Positions 29,733-32,000 of a stretch of DNA of 32,000 nucleotides are shown here, one piece after another. Positions within the stretch are counted from its first letter, which is position 1; every line of letters starts with the position of its first letter. Origin of the DNA: Cyanobacterium sp. uoEpiScrs1 (GTDB taxonomy: Bacteria; Cyanobacteriota; Cyanobacteriia; Cyanobacteriales; Microcystaceae). The stretch is from NCBI RefSeq assembly GCF_947331815.1, contig NZ_OX373462.1, positions 513,376-545,375 on the forward strand, read 5' to 3'. A program made the position numbers and the translations under genes. The notes below the pieces were generated by a model. The model was given only the letters and a program-made list of their open reading frames with translations. It searched no databases and had not been told where the DNA came from.

Positions 29733-31334
29733 TTAGGTAGATTCTTCCTCGGGAAGGTTAAGCCTAACAAAAATAGGTTGGGATTTAGTTAAGGTTTGAC
29801 TAACTTCAATTTTTCCCCACTGACTATGTTGAGCAAAGGGAACATTTTGACGGACGTGATCGCCGTCATTAAAATCGACGGATAACCCCAATTGCTGGTA
29901 TATTTTATTACTTAAATTGGGAATTATTGGGGATAATAAGTAAGCACTCAAGCGGACTGATTCTAACACAGCAGCTAGAATAGTTTCGACTTCCTTTTGT
30001 TTTCCTTGTTTAAATAAACTCCAGGGAGCTTGTTCATCAATGAATTTATTACTTGCCTGAATTAAACTAAAAATTTCTTCACAGACCTGATTAAACTTGA
30101 TGCTTTCATAGGCTTGAGTTACTTTTATCCCCAAATCTTGACCAGTAGTTTTTAATGGATGATCTAACGGAAGATTAGCTGCTCTAGGAATTATCCCTTT
30201 ACAATATTTTTGGGTCATCCCAAGAGTTCTACTGAGCAAATTTCCTAAATCATTAGCTAAATCAGCATTGAGTACATTAACAAAACGGGTTTCATTGAAA
30301 TCTCCATCTCGTCCACATTCAATTTCTTTAAGAAAATAGTAACGTACAGCATCGGAGCCATAACGGTTCACTAAATCCAAAGGATCGACTGTATTCCCTA
30401 AACTCTTACCCATTTTTTGACCATCTTTAGTCAAAAATCCATGACCGAAAATTTTTTCAGGCAAAGGCAATTTTGCTGACATCAACATGGCTGGCCAATA
30501 TACTGCATGGAAGCGTAAAATATCTTTCCCGATTAAGTGAAGATTAATGGGCCACCATTGAGATAAAGCGTTCTCTAGAGTCGGTTCCTGATCAGAGTCA
30601 AGCAAAGCAGTCACATATCCTAGAAGAGCATCAAACCAAACGTAAATGGTATGATTAGCATCGACTGGAATAGGAAAACCCCAATTGACGTTAACACGAG
30701 AAATTGAGAAGTCTTGCAGCCCTTGACTAACAAATTTTAAGATTTCATTCCGGCGAGTTTCTGGTTGAATAAACTCATAATGTTCTTCATATAAGGTTTC
30801 GAGGTCCTCTTGATATTTGGACAAACGAAAGAAATAGTTTTCTTCATCACGCCATTCGGCTTTTTTGTTGGGATGAAGAGGACAACACCCATCTTCTTGT
30901 AATTCCCTTTTTTCTTTGAACTCTTCGCAAGGAACACAATACCATCCCCTTTGTTGAGCTAGATAAATGTCGTCATTGTCGTAGACACGTTGAAAAAACT
31001 CCTTGACAATTGCTTCATGACGTTGATTAGTTGTGCGGCTAAAACGATCATATTGGATATTCAGCTTTTGCCACAGATCTTCAAAACCTGCAACAACCTT
31101 ATCGCAATGTTGTTGCGGATCAAGTCCTTTGTCTGCTGCAGTGCGTTGAATCTTCTGTCCATGTTCATCGGTTCCCGTGATAAATAGGACAGTAGAACCT
31201 TTCAGTCGTTGAAAGCGTGCTATGACATCAGCCACCATAGTCGTATAGGCACTCCCCATGTGAGGCACGTCGTTAACGTAATACAAAGGAGTAGTTAAAG
31301 AAAATGTTTGTGACTTAGTCTTGTCTGTGATCAT
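29733..31334 (-). CDS. metG: Methionine--tRNA ligase
   Basis: 533 aa with a HIGH-type motif (PHMGSAYTT), a KMSKS-type motif (KMGKSLGN), a zinc-knuckle insertion (CVPCEEF...CCPLH) and an anticodon-binding helical C-terminal domain. Confidence 0.95.
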   Translation of the reverse strand: MITDKTKSQTFSLTTPLYYVNDVPHMGSAYTTMVADVIARFQRLKGSTVLFITGTDEHGQKIQRTAADKGLDPQQHCDKVVAGFEDLWQKLNIQYDRFSRTTNQRHEAIVKEFFQRVYDNDDIYLAQQRGWYCVPCEEFKEKRELQEDGCCPLHPNKKAEWRDEENYFFRLSKYQEDLETLYEEHYEFIQPETRRNEILKFVSQGLQDFSISRVNVNWGFPIPVDANHTIYVWFDALLGYVTALLDSDQEPTLENALSQWWPINLHLIGKDILRFHAVYWPAMLMSAKLPLPEKIFGHGFLTKDGQKMGKSLGNTVDPLDLVNRYGSDAVRYYFLKEIECGRDGDFNETRFVNVLNADLANDLGNLLSRTLGMTQKYCKGIIPRAANLPLDHPLKTTGQDLGIKVTQAYESIKFNQVCEEIFSLIQASNKFIDEQAPWSLFKQGKQKEVETILAAVLESVRLSAYLLSPIIPNLSNKIYQQLGLSVDFNDGDHVRQNVPFAQHSQWGKIEVSQTLTKSQPIFVRLNLPEEEST

Positions 31335-32000
31335 TTAAACTTACACTGTAAAAATAAACGGCATTTACCTATGCTATTGACACATTTTTTTTACTGTTAT
31401 GTTTATCCCCACTTGGAATTAAGTTGTTAGTTATTTGTATCACTTTTAGTTCTAGCCTAATAGAGGACTCTCTATAAATAAAAATAACCTTAAGCTAAAA
31501 TTTTACAGACAATTTTTTTGTTGTTTTAGATTCCAGCTTACTTTAAGAGGTACTGTTTAAATCTTTCTCTAAGCTAACGTAATCTATCGTAATAGTTTCT
31601 CGAATTTTTATATAAATAATCTAAGATTTTTTGTTGATATTTTGAGAACTAATAATTTTTATCAAGTTAAATCGGTTGTATATATAGCTCAAAACAAAAT
31701 TATTATCATTTTTTGCTTTATGTTTAGTTATTTAAAAATAACTAGTCAGACTTGAATAGAGACAAGTAGGATAGAGACGCAGATAACTCATATAAAAATC
31801 ATTTACTACCAAATTTAGGAAGTCATTAGTTACAGCTTGATCTAATTAGGTTATTTTTTCATTAATTTAGAGAGATATCTTTTGTTTTAGTCACTAAGAT
31901 AAAATAAATGTTTTTCGGATGACTATAACGCCATAGGTTAAGACATAATTCTTTCTGGCTAAGGGATTAGATTAGTGTAATTATAGTAAATAACTCCCTT

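Noticed and set aside
30737-31187. ORFs 30737-30937(-) and 30990-31187(+)
   Set aside because: They lie out of frame or antisense within metG.
1-32000. Search for tRNA, rRNA, tmRNA, RNase P RNA, SRP RNA, CRISPR repeats, IS elements/transposases, integrases and phage genes
   Set aside because: I saw no T-arm (GGTTCGAATCC-like) or acceptor pattern. I saw no GAGGAAAGTCC (RNase P), GGAAGGAAGCAGCC (SRP) or GGGGCTG...CCACCA (tmRNA) cores. There is no regularly spaced direct-repeat array and no ORF with transposase or integrase motifs. This was a manual scan, so short or degenerate elements could have been missed.

Overview
This is a chromosomal segment of a cyanobacterium. The lineage markers are ndhB, an Omp85/Toc75-type bamA next to lpxC, an FdC2/Fed2-type plant ferredoxin, hisZ and a GatD-type amidotransferase. 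The protein N-termini look closest to the unicellular Cyanothece/Crocosphaera/Synechocystis type rather than Nostocales; I judged this from memory, not from a search. I call 21 apparently intact CDSs, almost all housekeeping, covering about 19.7 kb (roughly 62 percent of the window). The notable property is architecture rather than gene content. Most genes are isolated by very AT-rich, ORF-free spacers of 0.6-1.7 kb (12 of them). That pattern fits a genome under reductive evolution, for example an obligate N2-fixing endosymbiont such as a diatom spheroid body; hypD is retained. Only one stretch keeps tight spacing: a five-gene minus-strand string of metG / NYN-domain protein / LptC-like lipoprotein / atypical OmpR-family response regulator / DUF192, with gaps of 15, 34, 41 and 87 nt. 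I found no rRNA, tRNA, CRISPR array, transposase, integrase, phage, toxin-antitoxin or restriction-modification gene. I do not see a convincing novel multi-gene system and prefer to say so. Items worth a second look: (1) the response regulator has a degenerate phospho-acceptor pocket and is probably phosphorylation-independent (NblR-like). (2) gatD has no adjacent murT, and 1.2 kb of ORF-free DNA sits where murT would be expected. (3) Several long, perfect hairpins lie stranded in the spacers, including an orphan intrinsic terminator. (4) A near-consensus sigma70-type promoter with a perfect 14-bp palindrome in its spacer has no gene downstream. (5) A 14-mer recurs three times in different spacers. 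(6) bamA and lpxC are split by 0.8 kb, and fabZ/lpxA/lpxB do not follow lpxC. All family assignments come from motif recognition by eye; none was checked against a database.
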